Positions 1 through 8,138 of a DNA stretch of 38,724 bases are shown here, piece after piece. The translations under genes were made by a program, and so were the position numbers. The first letter of the stretch is position 1. Each line of letters opens with the position of its first letter. Source of the DNA: a virus; the IMG/VR virus record IMGVR_UViG_3300027980_000019. The stretch is one strand, 5' to 3'. The notes beneath the pieces are model-generated. The model saw nothing but the letters and a program-made list of their open reading frames with translations, did no database searches and was not told the origin of the DNA.

Positions 1-127
1 TGCTGATAAAACAGTGGGCGTGATAATTACGCAGTTTATGCTATTTATGCAGCAAGAAGGTATATGGCCTTGTCATCAGTTTATCGGTGACGATCCACAG
101 CCATTAACGCCAGATGAAGCAATGAAA
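1..127. repeat. Exact copy of 38598-38724. The window ends overlap, closing a circular or permuted genome.
   Basis: Direct comparison: tgctgataaaacagtgggcg...gatgaagcaatgaaa is identical at both ends. The overlap is 127 bp, a length typical of an assembler k-mer overlap. Confidence 0.95.
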
Positions 128-166
128 TTAAAGCGTGAATACGTTGAATTACTGAAAGGCAGCTAA
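2..166 (+). CDS. 3' part of the junction-spanning small hypothetical ORF that starts at 38539 (74 aa in total)
   Basis: The frame continues from 38539..38724 through the 127-bp overlap. Stop TAA is at 164-166. Confidence 0.5.
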   Translation, partial: ADKTVGVIITQFMLFMQQEGIWPCHQFIGDDPQPLTPDEAMKLKREYVELLKGS

Positions 167-229
167 CAGAGAGGACGCTGGCCGCAGGTCTCACGCATCC
201 GCGTGTTATAACAAAAATAGGGGATTTTA

Positions 230-1558
230 ATGCTATACAGCGAAGAGTCAGAGATTAGCGTGCTAGGCGCGCTGATGCTTGAAGATGTGGCTTTTGACAG
301 GGTCACGGAGACAGGGCTACAGGCAAGCGATTTTTACGCGCATAAGCACCGGCTGGCGTTTGAAGCGATATGCCATTTAGCTGAGAGCGGTAAGCCTGTC
401 GATGTTGTCACAGTCGCTGACAGGTTGACACTCAAAGAGCAGATACAGGACGCTGGCGGCGCTGCGTACTTGTCGCGAATGGTTGACCTCACGCCGTCCA
501 TTGACAACTGCGAAGCATACGCGGAACAGATAGTTGATTGTGCGCGGCGCAGGGCTATGCAGACGTTTTGCCTGAATAGCGTCGATATGATCAGAGATGG
601 CGCTGAGACCGACGAGATAGAGGCGCATATAAACGACTCACTCAATGGCCTGGCGGACAGTGGCAAATCACAGACGCTATACACCACCGACGAATCAGCG
701 AAAATGCTGCTAGAGCTTATCCAGAAGAGACAGGATGATGACTTCAGTAGCTACCCAACAGGGATAGACACGCTGGACGATATTTTAACCATTGAGGGCA
801 ATAGGCTGTACTTAATCGCTGGCCGCCCAGGTATGGGCAAGTCAACGCTGGCACTGAACATCGGAGAGCGTAATGCCAAGCGCGGCTGTGATGTGTACTT
901 TCACAGTATGGAAATGCCAGCGCACGAGGTCACGGCCAGGATGTGCGCGTCAATGGGTAGCGTGAATCGAGAGCTGTTTAAGTACCCGAAAGATAAAAGG
1001 CTAGTTGATGAATGGTCAAAGCTGGCAGCGACGATGGACGGGCATATCAAAGGACTCCCGCTGAGTGTTGAGACGGCCACCGGACGAACGGCGTCTCAGA
1101 TATGCAATCAGTTTAGAGCGTTCTGCCGGAAGTCGAAATCGTATCAAGAACGCGGAGAGGCGATGCTGATTGTTGACTATCTTGGTCTGGTCAAGCTACC
1201 AGGGGAATCCCGCGTAAAGTCGTTAGGTGAAGCCACAAAGATGTTTAAGCGGCTCTCAATGGAGTTGGGCGTTCCTGTAATCCTTTTACACCAATTGAAT
1301 CGAGGTCTTGAGCAGAGACCAAACAAGCGCCCCGTCCCGTCAGACTTGCGCGATTCTGGCGAAATTGAGGAAGATGCCGACGCAGTTATATTCACATACA
1401 GGGATGAGGTTTATAACGAAGACAGCCCCGATAAAGGGATTGGTGAACTGATTGTCGCCAAATACCGTGACGGAGGCACTGGAACAGCTCGCTGCGCTGC
1501 TGATATGAAGTACAGCCGATTCACTAGCCTTAACACGCCATTCCAAAGCCAAAACTAG
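230..1558 (+). CDS. dnaB: DnaB-family replicative DNA helicase
   Basis: 442 aa. N-terminal DnaB-like segment (SEISVLGALMLED), Walker A GRPGMGKST, Walker B-like MLIVDYLGL and an RDSGEIEEDAD region. RBS AGGGGAT lies upstream of the ATG. Confidence 0.92.
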   Translation: MLYSEESEISVLGALMLEDVAFDRVTETGLQASDFYAHKHRLAFEAICHLAESGKPVDVVTVADRLTLKEQIQDAGGAAYLSRMVDLTPSIDNCEAYAEQIVDCARRRAMQTFCLNSVDMIRDGAETDEIEAHINDSLNGLADSGKSQTLYTTDESAKMLLELIQKRQDDDFSSYPTGIDTLDDILTIEGNRLYLIAGRPGMGKSTLALNIGERNAKRGCDVYFHSMEMPAHEVTARMCASMGSVNRELFKYPKDKRLVDEWSKLAATMDGHIKGLPLSVETATGRTASQICNQFRAFCRKSKSYQERGEAMLIVDYLGLVKLPGESRVKSLGEATKMFKRLSMELGVPVILLHQLNRGLEQRPNKRPVPSDLRDSGEIEEDADAVIFTYRDEVYNEDSPDKGIGELIVAKYRDGGTGTARCAADMKYSRFTSLNTPFQSQN

Positions 1559-1599
1559 GCGCAAAGTGTCCTAGCGTGATGGTGCAGATTTGGTAATAT
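1556..1599 (+). promoter_or_regulatory. Class-I promoter-like motif, copy a (TAGGCGC-N3-GTGTCCTAG-N19-TAATAT)
   Basis: One of 7 aligned intergenic copies. The -10-like TAATAT is preceded by TGG, and the motif is oriented toward downstream genes. Confidence 0.5.
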
Positions 1600-1605
1600 T
1601 AACGA

Positions 1606-1663
1606 ATAACCCGGCGTTTAACTGTGAACGCCAATGAATCATTTATAACGCATTGTTATGCGC
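1606..1663 (+). repeat. Intergenic repeat R1: hairpin ggcgtt..aacgcc plus palindrome gcgcat-tgtt-atgcgc
   Basis: About 58 nt. It aligns with 2015-2074 and lies in the 5' leader of the next small gene. Confidence 0.7.
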
Positions 1664-1676
1664 TGGGAGGTTGGTA

Positions 1677-2018
1677 GTGAAAGCGAGGATTGAGAAGAAA
1701 GTCTGCAAGCGATTAGTTGAGGTGGCACCAAAGCTATTCAAAGATGCTTGGCAGGAGACGCAAGAAGAGCCTACAGAACTTGCATATGAACAAGGTAGCT
1801 GTGTTAGCGGTCTGCATTGTGTTGGAGGCGGTGTCGATTACTGGGGTGAAGGCGAGGATGCCTACACAACACTCGAATTCATGCAGAGTAACTACCACTG
1901 GTTCGGTAAGTTCCCAGAGTATCCAGAGGGGCACGAGTTTGCTCATTACCCAAATACAGAGGGTTTTAAACCGACGGTGCGGAACCTTATAAAACTTGCG
2001 CGGGAACATTGCGCATAA
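1677..2018 (+). CDS. Hypothetical protein
   Basis: ORF-track frame 1653..2018. The GTG at 1677 has a GGGAGG RBS 6 nt upstream, so I prefer it to the TTG at 1653. Confidence 0.55.
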   Translation: MKARIEKKVCKRLVEVAPKLFKDAWQETQEEPTELAYEQGSCVSGLHCVGGGVDYWGEGEDAYTTLEFMQSNYHWFGKFPEYPEGHEFAHYPNTEGFKPTVRNLIKLAREHCA

Positions 2019-2074
2019 CCCGGCGCTTAATTTTGAGCGCCAGCGAAATAAACTTACAGCGCATTGTTATGCGC
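2015..2074 (+). repeat. Intergenic repeat R2 (second copy of R1)
   Basis: ataacccggcgcttaattttgagcgcca...gcattgttatgcgc has the same two hairpin/palindrome modules as 1606-1663. Confidence 0.7.
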
Positions 2075-2086
2075 AAGGCGGTAAAA

Positions 2087-2326
2087 ATGAGAAAAGAAGA
2101 ATGGGATAATCTGACAGACCAACAGAAATACGACGTGATACTTTCCGGAACATGGACAGTTCAGTCGCAAATGGGAATTGATGCAAAATCGAAAGTTGGC
2201 GATCCGAGTGCTGCATTCATAGCCTATGCTGCGTTTAGCGATGACGTGCAGCTTAGCGACTGGAAAGAAACGAAGCTGGAAGCGGTTGAAGAGGCTGTCT
2301 CTAACGTGAAAAGGTTGGCCGCATAA
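2087..2326 (+). CDS. Hypothetical protein
   Basis: Frame of ORF 2009..2326. The ATG at 2087 follows AAGGCGG, whereas the upstream part of the ORF lies inside repeat R2. Confidence 0.5.
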   Translation: MRKEEWDNLTDQQKYDVILSGTWTVQSQMGIDAKSKVGDPSAAFIAYAAFSDDVQLSDWKETKLEAVEEAVSNVKRLAA

Positions 2327-2383
2327 CGCCGGAATCGCGCGCGAGGCACGAGTCGCGTGCATCCGTGTGTTATTGAGGTGAAC

Positions 2384-2584
2384 ATGAAACAATTTTTACA
2401 GTATCAAATAAAGTGCCTGATCCTGGGTATCGGGGTATCAGCTACGTTAACGGCGTGTATCGCTGCTATTGTGTTCGGTATACAGCTCATCGAGGCAGAA
2501 AAAACAGAGGGCCAGCGGTACGCTATGACGCTGGCTGAATACTACGAAAGCAAGGGGATTGAAGATGTCGGAATCGAAAAATAA
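2384..2584 (+). CDS. Small membrane protein (one TM segment)
   Basis: Frame of ORF 2357..2584. The ATG at 2384 is preceded by GAGGTG. Hydrophobic stretch LILGIGVSATLTACIAAIVFGI. Confidence 0.55.
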   Translation: MKQFLQYQIKCLILGIGVSATLTACIAAIVFGIQLIEAEKTEGQRYAMTLAEYYESKGIEDVGIEK

Positions 2585-3389
2585 GCTGACTATTGAACAA
2601 CTGAAGTTTGCGCTGGAGATTGAGGCGGAAGACTTCAGATTTGTTGAGAGTAGATGGTATGTAGACTACTACAAAAATATATGTATCGAATCTGGTAAGT
2701 ATGAGTTCTGGGACTACGGTTCATCCCGGTGGGTTTCTATGAATGGATTGCCTATCGACTGGAGTAGCGGAAAAGTATTTAGAATCAACTTCACCCCGCT
2801 AGACGATTACTACGCTGACAAAGACGCCGATATTCGTGCGCAGAATGCTGCTACGATTGAGGGTGGTGAGCAGCCGCTAGAGTGGCCGATTGGTGAGGAA
2901 TTGATAGGTCGAAAGGTTCGGTTTGATGGGTACAAGACGAGATTGCATTCGCACTGGGGGTTTGAACCCGGCGAGGTTTACACAGTAGCTATTGATGCTC
3001 GTGGTTATATAGGCCCAGTAAATGGCCGTGGTGCGACGGCGGTTGAGAATTTCGACGGAGATTTTAACTTCACACTGATGCCAGAAGAAAAACAAGAATG
3101 GCCGGAAGAGCGTCAGGACGCTATAGGTCAAAACGGCAACGATGGCGAGCATTACGAAAAGCCAGAAACAACGCACGACGTCAGCCACCACAAACGCAAA
3201 GACGGCACAGACCTGATTGATGAGTGGTGGGATAAGTACGAACCAGAAGTCGCCCGCGTTTTGATGTGGGAGATGGTGAACAAGTATCACAACCGTCTCG
3301 GGAAGAAAGACCCGGTGCATATCGAGGTCGCAAAGATGGCTGATTACATGGCGCGATGGTCTGAGAAGGAATTAGCACTAGCAAAGTAA
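2565..3389 (+). CDS. Hypothetical protein with a DUF3310-like C-terminal region
   Basis: ATG 2565 follows AGGGGATTGAAG. The C-terminus (GQNGNDGEHY...GTDLIDEWW...VNKYHNRLGKKDP...VAKMADYMARW) resembles the DUF3310 pattern (HY..G.D.ID...KY..R.GKK...KA..Y). Confidence 0.6.
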   Translation: MSESKNKLTIEQLKFALEIEAEDFRFVESRWYVDYYKNICIESGKYEFWDYGSSRWVSMNGLPIDWSSGKVFRINFTPLDDYYADKDADIRAQNAATIEGGEQPLEWPIGEELIGRKVRFDGYKTRLHSHWGFEPGEVYTVAIDARGYIGPVNGRGATAVENFDGDFNFTLMPEEKQEWPEERQDAIGQNGNDGEHYEKPETTHDVSHHKRKDGTDLIDEWWDKYEPEVARVLMWEMVNKYHNRLGKKDPVHIEVAKMADYMARWSEKELALAK

Positions 3390-3391
3390 AC

Positions 3392-3435
3392 TAGGCGCGT
3401 TATGTCCTACCAAAAAGCCCCAGCTTAGCTATAGT
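3392..3435 (+). promoter_or_regulatory. Class-I promoter-like motif, copy b (TAGGCGC-N3-ATGTCCTAC-N19-TATAGT)
   Basis: Aligned with the other copies. Lies immediately upstream of the recombination genes. Confidence 0.5.
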
Positions 3436-3461
3436 GGGGCTACCAACACAGGGGATTGAAG

Positions 3462-4163
3462 ATGAACGAAGTAACAACAGTTTCTCCGCAGGCATTGATG
3501 GAAAAAGCAATGCAGTCTGATGACATAGCGGTATTAGAACGAATCATTGACTTAAACGAGCGCATTGTAAGCCGTAACGCACAGTCTGAGTTTGTCGCGG
3601 CATTATCTCGTTTTCAGCGTGACTGCCCAGAAGTCAAAGCCCTAAAGCAAGGGCATAACTACAAGTACGCGCCGCTGCAAGACATTATTGCGCAGGTTAA
3701 GGCGCTGCTAGTCGAGTGCGGCCTGTCTTATCGTTTTGAGCAAAGCCAGGACGATAAGGAAATCACTGTAACCTGTTTGGTTACACATCTTTCAGGTCAC
3801 TCTGAAGCTACTACGGTTTCAGCAATGCCAGACACCGCAGGTAGTAAAAACAGCGTTCAGGCTATTGGCTCGACGATTACTTACTTACGCCGGTATTCAT
3901 TTACGGGCGCACTAGGTATTGTCACTGCCGATGTTGATTCCGATGCTCGCTTAGCTGGCCAGGCGACACAGGAATTTACCGACGCTCAGATGGTAATGGA
4001 CATCGAAGCATTGATTGAAGACACCGGATCAGACCGTGAGAAAGTATTGCAATGGGTGAGTACTTCGGTAGGTGCTGAAATAACGGCATTCAACCAGCTA
4101 TACAAGAAAGACGGCCAGAAGGTTATCAAACGTCTGAAAGATAAGGCGGCCAAGAATGTTTGA
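3462..4163 (+). CDS. erf: ERF-family single-strand annealing recombinase
   Basis: HNYKYAPLQDIIAQVKALLVECGLSY...THLSGHSE...QAIGSTITYLRRYSFTGALGIV..D.DSD matches the ERF superfamily core pattern. The 14-nt RBS/start block is the same as at gene 2565. Confidence 0.85.
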   Translation: MNEVTTVSPQALMEKAMQSDDIAVLERIIDLNERIVSRNAQSEFVAALSRFQRDCPEVKALKQGHNYKYAPLQDIIAQVKALLVECGLSYRFEQSQDDKEITVTCLVTHLSGHSEATTVSAMPDTAGSKNSVQAIGSTITYLRRYSFTGALGIVTADVDSDARLAGQATQEFTDAQMVMDIEALIEDTGSDREKVLQWVSTSVGAEITAFNQLYKKDGQKVIKRLKDKAAKNV

Positions 4164-4833
4164 GTTAGATTTTGCGCAGGGTTCGCCTGAATGGTTACGC
4201 TCTCGCATTGGTATCGTATCAGCAAGCCGCTTTAAAGACGTTCTGACAGAGCCAAAATCCAAGGCTGATAAAGAGGCTGGGAATCTATCAACAACTGCCG
4301 AGACGTACTTGTATGAGCTTGTCAGTATGATTTTAACCGATGACGCTCCGAACTTCTCAAGTGCTGCTACTGATTGGGGGCACGAGAACGAACCACTGGC
4401 CAGGCTCGAGTACAGCATGATGACTGATAATAGCGTCGTAGAAGCTGGGATCTTCTTTCACGACAACCGAAAAGTCGGGGCAAGTCCTGATGGATTGGTT
4501 GATGATGACGGCATGATTGAGATCAAGTGCCCATTCAATACCGTAAACCACGTTCGCACTGTAGTTGCTGGCGATATGCCGAAGGAACACATGCCGCAGG
4601 TTCAAGGGAATTTATGGATCAATGGACGTGAATGGTGTGACTTTATCAGTTTTGACCCGCGTATCGACGGTAATGGGCGTTTGTTTATCAAACGAATATA
4701 CCGCGATGAAACCTATATCAAAAACCTTGAGCGCCGCGTGATGGCGTTTACTCAAAAGCTAGACTCTGTATTGCTGGAATCGTTCGGCATTACATGGGAA
4801 GGCATTCAACCGCAGGAGGCCGATAATGGCTAG
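4156..4833 (+). CDS. YqaJ-type (lambda Exo-like, PD-(D/E)xK) recombination exonuclease
   Basis: [36 protein letters not shown] and QVQGNLW motifs. Overlaps the erf stop. Confidence 0.85.
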   Translation: MFELDFAQGSPEWLRSRIGIVSASRFKDVLTEPKSKADKEAGNLSTTAETYLYELVSMILTDDAPNFSSAATDWGHENEPLARLEYSMMTDNSVVEAGIFFHDNRKVGASPDGLVDDDGMIEIKCPFNTVNHVRTVVAGDMPKEHMPQVQGNLWINGREWCDFISFDPRIDGNGRLFIKRIYRDETYIKNLERRVMAFTQKLDSVLLESFGITWEGIQPQEADNG

Positions 4834-5320
4834 AAGTATCAACAAAGTGACACTCATCGGAACGCTTGGCCGTGACCCCGAATTGCAGTACATGCCGAAC
4901 GGTAACGCCGTATCAAATATCTCTATCGCTACAGATGAGAGCTACAACGATAAGCAAACAGGCCAGAAGGTAGAACAGACCGAATGGCACCGGCTGACCG
5001 TATACGGGAAACTGGCTGAAATTTGCAATCAGTACCTGAGAAAGGGTTCGCGTGCCTACTTTGAAGGTAAACTGAAAACCCGCGAATGGGAGAAAGACGG
5101 CATTAAGCGATACACCACTGAGATTATAGTCAATGAAATGATGATGCTGGACTCAAAACAGGAAACCCAGCAACCACCGCAGGCACCGCAAGGATATGCG
5201 CAGCCTCAGCCACAGCACCCGCAACAACCGCCAATGCAGCAAGGCGGATACAATCAGCAGCAGCCGCGACCACCTCAACCGCAGCAAGGTGGTTTCCCTG
5301 GCGGCGATGTGCCGTTCTGA
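4826..5320 (+). CDS. ssb: Single-stranded DNA-binding protein
   Basis: N-terminal OB fold ([36 protein letters not shown]...TEWHRL), a Q/P-rich linker and an acidic-aromatic tail ending GGDVPF. Confidence 0.93.
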   Translation: MARSINKVTLIGTLGRDPELQYMPNGNAVSNISIATDESYNDKQTGQKVEQTEWHRLTVYGKLAEICNQYLRKGSRAYFEGKLKTREWEKDGIKRYTTEIIVNEMMMLDSKQETQQPPQAPQGYAQPQPQHPQQPPMQQGGYNQQQPRPPQPQQGGFPGGDVPF

Positions 5321-5487
5321 TGTCTGACCTTCTAACCCGCGCTGAGAAGTTCGGCGCGATTAAACCAACGGAGTGCGCTTGTGACCACCAGCTTTCAGGC
5401 ACGGGCGCAGTATTTTTTCAGTCAGTCGGCTTGCTCAGATGCGCAAACTGTTACGGCTGGCAGCTAATCAGGAAACCTATTGAATGA
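5320..5487 (+). CDS. Unlisted 55-aa Cys-rich (CxC...CxxC) zinc-ribbon-like protein
   Basis: My own translation: [55 protein letters not shown]. Its ATG overlaps the ssb stop (TGATG) and its stop overlaps the dut start (ATGA). It is below the track length cutoff. Confidence 0.55.
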   Translation: MSDLLTRAEKFGAIKPTECACDHQLSGTGAVFFQSVGLLRCANCYGWQLIRKPIE

Positions 5488-5906
5488 CACCAACTCATAA
5501 AACCAAATACTCAGCAGGGGCAGACCTACACTGTGCTGAGACTGTAACAATCCAGCCCAACTGTCCGACACTGGTTAAAACGGGGGCTTACACTCCTGAA
5601 TGGTTGCGCACGTCAGATATGGTCTATCTGCTTTGTATACGCTCATCTATTGCGCTCAACAAGAGTCTGATGTTAGCCAATGGCGTTGGCGTGATTGACT
5701 GTGATTACCCTGACGAAATCAAGGTGATGATGGTTCACTTTGAATCTGAGCCTGTAACGATTGAGGCCGGTGAACGAATAGCGCAGCTAGTACCTATGCG
5801 TTATCAGCAGGGAGTATTCCCGACTGAATCAACAGAGCGTAAAGGCGGCTTTGGTAGTACGAACGAAACGGTTGACGGCGTTTTTATCAAGTCTGAAGAC
5901 CTGTAA
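5484..5906 (+). CDS. dut: dUTP diphosphatase (trimeric dUTPase)
   Basis: Motifs SAGADL, GVIDCDYPDE, GERIAQL and RKGGFGST. Confidence 0.9.
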   Translation: MTPTHKTKYSAGADLHCAETVTIQPNCPTLVKTGAYTPEWLRTSDMVYLLCIRSSIALNKSLMLANGVGVIDCDYPDEIKVMMVHFESEPVTIEAGERIAQLVPMRYQQGVFPTESTERKGGFGSTNETVDGVFIKSEDL

Positions 5907-5995
5907 CCTTTGCAATAAACAGTAAGCAAAGTGAGGCACGAACTGTACGCAGTCTGATTTGATTGCTTTGTTATATGGCAATGGGGAAATAAAGA

Positions 5996-6178
5996 ATGAC
6001 CACTAAATATGAAATGAGATATAAAACTGACGGCGCGCCTTGGGTTGTTTTTGATACTTATAAAACTAAGGACGATCCAGAGCTTTTAAGGCATTACAAA
6101 GTATACAGTAATCATAGGATAATCACAGAAGTGGAAGTTGTAGAAGTGAAAACGACCAGAAAGAGGATAGTCATATAA
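5996..6178 (+). CDS. Hypothetical protein (AT-rich small gene)
   Basis: 60-aa ORF with GGGGAAATAAAGA upstream. No recognisable motif. Confidence 0.45.
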   Translation: MTTKYEMRYKTDGAPWVVFDTYKTKDDPELLRHYKVYSNHRIITEVEVVEVKTTRKRIVI

Positions 6179-6220
6179 CAAAGAGTTTGTACGCCGAAGG
6201 TCGCACAGAATGAAGTGTAA

Positions 6221-6263
6221 TTGGCGCTAAGTGTCCTACCAGCCAAGGAAGGCACGGTATAGA
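6221..6263 (+). promoter_or_regulatory. Class-I promoter-like motif, copy c (TTGGCGC-N3-GTGTCCTAC-N18-TATAGA)
   Basis: Aligned with the other copies. Lies 24 nt upstream of gene 6287. Confidence 0.55.
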
Positions 6264-6286
6264 CTATAAAAAAATGAGGGAATGAA

Positions 6287-6589
6287 ATGAATAACGTATT
6301 TGACTTTAACGCACTGCTAAAGAAAACAAACGAGCGAGACGACTTTCCTATGCCTGGATTAGAGCGCAGACATTTAGATGCAGCAATGAATCAGTGCAGT
6401 CGCGTTGACACGTTACTGGGCATGGCTTGCGATGACCTGGATCTGATGTCAGACATCATCGAAGTGGCTTTTGATTCAGGCAAGGAAAAGGCGCGCGAGT
6501 TTGATGCCGGAGTGGCTGAGCATATTAAGGCGAACCCGGAAGGCCGGATAGCGCAGGTGCTTAAAGCAGCGCTTCAGGATTATGTTTAA
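6287..6589 (+). CDS. Hypothetical protein
   Basis: 100-aa ORF with a GAGGGA RBS. Confidence 0.55.
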   Translation: MNNVFDFNALLKKTNERDDFPMPGLERRHLDAAMNQCSRVDTLLGMACDDLDLMSDIIEVAFDSGKEKAREFDAGVAEHIKANPEGRIAQVLKAALQDYV

Positions 6590-6613
6590 CCCAGAGCAAA
6601 ACGGAGAGGAAAG

Positions 6614-6814
6614 ATGAGTGAAGCGAAGAAAGACGAGTCCGATTTGAGCTCCTTGTTATGTTGCCCAGAATGCGGAAGTGGTGACGTTAAAAAGTGCGTG
6701 ATAAGTGTCAGGCCATACTGTAATGAGTGCAATTACTGGGGAGCTATCAACTTCAATGGAACAATGCAAGACGCTGTGGAAAAGTGGAACAGCCACCCAA
6801 ACCACGCAACATAA
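6614..6814 (+). CDS. lar: Lar-family (restriction alleviation) zinc-ribbon protein
   Basis: LLCCPECGSGD...CNECNYWG...AVEKWNSH follows the Lar pattern (CPFCG..., second C..C pair, A..WN). GGAGAGG RBS. Confidence 0.55.
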   Translation: MSEAKKDESDLSSLLCCPECGSGDVKKCVISVRPYCNECNYWGAINFNGTMQDAVEKWNSHPNHAT

Positions 6815-6869
6815 CAACAATAGACGCGGGCTACGTCCCGCGCTCTGAGGTGTTATCAAGGGGTGAAAT

Positions 6870-7046
6870 ATGAGCGACGCAAAAGAACAGCTTTCGATGT
6901 GCTGTCAGACGCTGTGCGATAAATCAGTCGTGGAGCAGTATATAGAAAGTCTAGAGCTGGAAATCAGAAACCAGCGTAGACAGATAGAGCTATTGCAGCT
7001 TGAGCTGAAGGCGCAGGACAAGCGAAACGGGGAGCTCTGGAATTGA
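6870..7046 (+). CDS. Unlisted 58-aa coiled-coil protein
   Basis: My own translation: MSDAKEQLSMCCQTLCDKSVVEQYIESLELEIRNQRRQIELLQLELKAQDKRNGELWN. AAGGGGTGA RBS. Its stop overlaps the TTG start of the next gene (TTGA). Confidence 0.5.
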   Translation: MSDAKEQLSMCCQTLCDKSVVEQYIESLELEIRNQRRQIELLQLELKAQDKRNGELWN

Positions 7047-7300
7047 TCACAACAGAAAACGAATGGCGAATTGCACGCCGCGAGGGCTGGCACTTTGAGA
7101 AAGAGAAGAAAACGAGGGGTACTCCTGCGCGGACGTTTAAGACAAGTCTGGGCGCGTTGACCCTACAAGAAATCGAAGAGATGGCTGGTGTAGGTCGGAC
7201 TAAAGCGCACTACTTGATGAAGCACATGAGCGCAGACCGGGTGATTAAGTACGGCAAAGCGTTGCGAGTGGATAAACAAGGTAATCTGATTGAGGGGTAG
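7043..7300 (+). CDS. Small putative HTH DNA-binding protein
   Basis: TTG start with a GGGGAG RBS 8 nt upstream. LTLQEIEEMAGVGRTKAHYLMKH looks like a helix-turn-helix. Confidence 0.45.
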   Translation: MITTENEWRIARREGWHFEKEKKTRGTPARTFKTSLGALTLQEIEEMAGVGRTKAHYLMKHMSADRVIKYGKALRVDKQGNLIEG

Positions 7301-7303
7301 GGT

Positions 7304-7690
7304 ATGAAAGAACTACAGAGTGCCGTAAGGCAATATCAGCACAATGACTGCTCTGGCTTGGTGATGGGATACGACAGGATAGAGACAGAACTCGTTGTAT
7401 CCAATCTACTGCGCGAACGCAACGAGCTGGCCGCACAGGTGGAGAGGTTGCGTGGTGTTATTGAGCATTGTGTTTCGGCGGTTGAAGATACTCACTACGG
7501 ATGGGAAGGCGATTGCGGAGTAATAAACAAAGTAAACGTTATAGCGGATTCTGTACTAGACGAAACGCCAGCCCAGTCGCTAGAGGCGGTTAAACGGGAG
7601 GCTGCAATATGCGCTCTTGAGGATTACGAGGCGGCACTGTCTAGCTTTGAAATGACAGTCCCGGAGTATATCAAGGCTAGACTGTCGTGA
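7304..7690 (+). CDS. Ea22-like coiled-coil protein
   Basis: Coiled-coil segment plus an LDETPAQSLEAVKREAA motif. The same motif recurs in gene 38188 and resembles the lambdoid ead/Ea22 C-terminal motif. Confidence 0.5.
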   Translation: MKELQSAVRQYQHNDCSGLVMGYDRIETELVVSNLLRERNELAAQVERLRGVIEHCVSAVEDTHYGWEGDCGVINKVNVIADSVLDETPAQSLEAVKREAAICALEDYEAALSSFEMTVPEYIKARLS

Positions 7691-8127
7691 AACTCAACAT
7701 GATAAAGCAGCCGGGTGGCGTACTATATTCGGCTGATGATATAGCCGCTGAGTACCTGACAAAGCTGAAGACCGGCGAGGTCTACCCGGTAGAGATTAAG
7801 CGCAGTCGCAACCCGCAATTTCACAGCAAGGTGTTTGCATTCTTTCAGTTTGCGTTCAGCTACTGGCGCGGAGAGTGCGAGTTTCAGGAAGAAGCGGCGC
7901 AGTTTGATTCGTTTAGGAAGCAGCTAACAGTACAGGCCGGATACTATAACCAGGTTTGGACGCTGGATGGGCTAGGGTTTACGCTTGAGGCTAAATCACT
8001 AAGCTTCGGAAATATGGATCAAGCCGAGTTCGAGGAGTTCTCTGTGGCAATGCAGAACGCAGCTATGAGGACTATTTTTCAAGGCGCTGATGATAGTGTG
8101 ATTCAGGAGCTTATGGGCTTCTTTTGA
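7687..8127 (+). CDS. DUF1367-like nin-region protein
   Basis: IKQPGGVLYSADD...GEVYPVEIKRSRNPQFHSKVFAFFQFAFSYW resembles the DUF1367 N-terminal pattern (RN..FH.K.FA). The GTG start overlaps the upstream stop; the ATG at 7699 is an alternative. Confidence 0.5.
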   Translation: MKLNMIKQPGGVLYSADDIAAEYLTKLKTGEVYPVEIKRSRNPQFHSKVFAFFQFAFSYWRGECEFQEEAAQFDSFRKQLTVQAGYYNQVWTLDGLGFTLEAKSLSFGNMDQAEFEEFSVAMQNAAMRTIFQGADDSVIQELMGFF

Positions 8128-8138
8128 GATAGGGGTGA

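Noticed and set aside
1-127. The 127-bp identical sequence at both window ends as a biological direct terminal repeat or a mobile-element boundary
   Set aside because: The repeat runs exactly to both window edges. An ORF reads straight through the junction. The length of 127 is a common assembler k-mer size. It is best explained as overlap of a circular or permuted assembly. True physical termini would need read-start analysis.
5150-5300. The Q/P-rich repetitive DNA in ssb as a distinct repeat element
   Set aside because: It encodes the usual low-complexity Gln/Pro/Gly linker found in SSB proteins, so it is not an independent feature.
192-6860. Hairpin followed by GTGTTAT at 192-212, 2349-2378, 10112-10156 and 6826-6857 as a promoter class (TGnTAT extended -10) or a terminator class
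   Set aside because: As promoters, the start sites would fall on or after the RBS of genes 2384 and 6870. As terminators, they lack a proper U-tract. GTGTTAT also occurs inside coding sequence (for example about 7456 and 20990). The motif is too short and ambiguous to call; the copy at 204-212 (TGTTATAAC) remains a possible extended -10 for dnaB.
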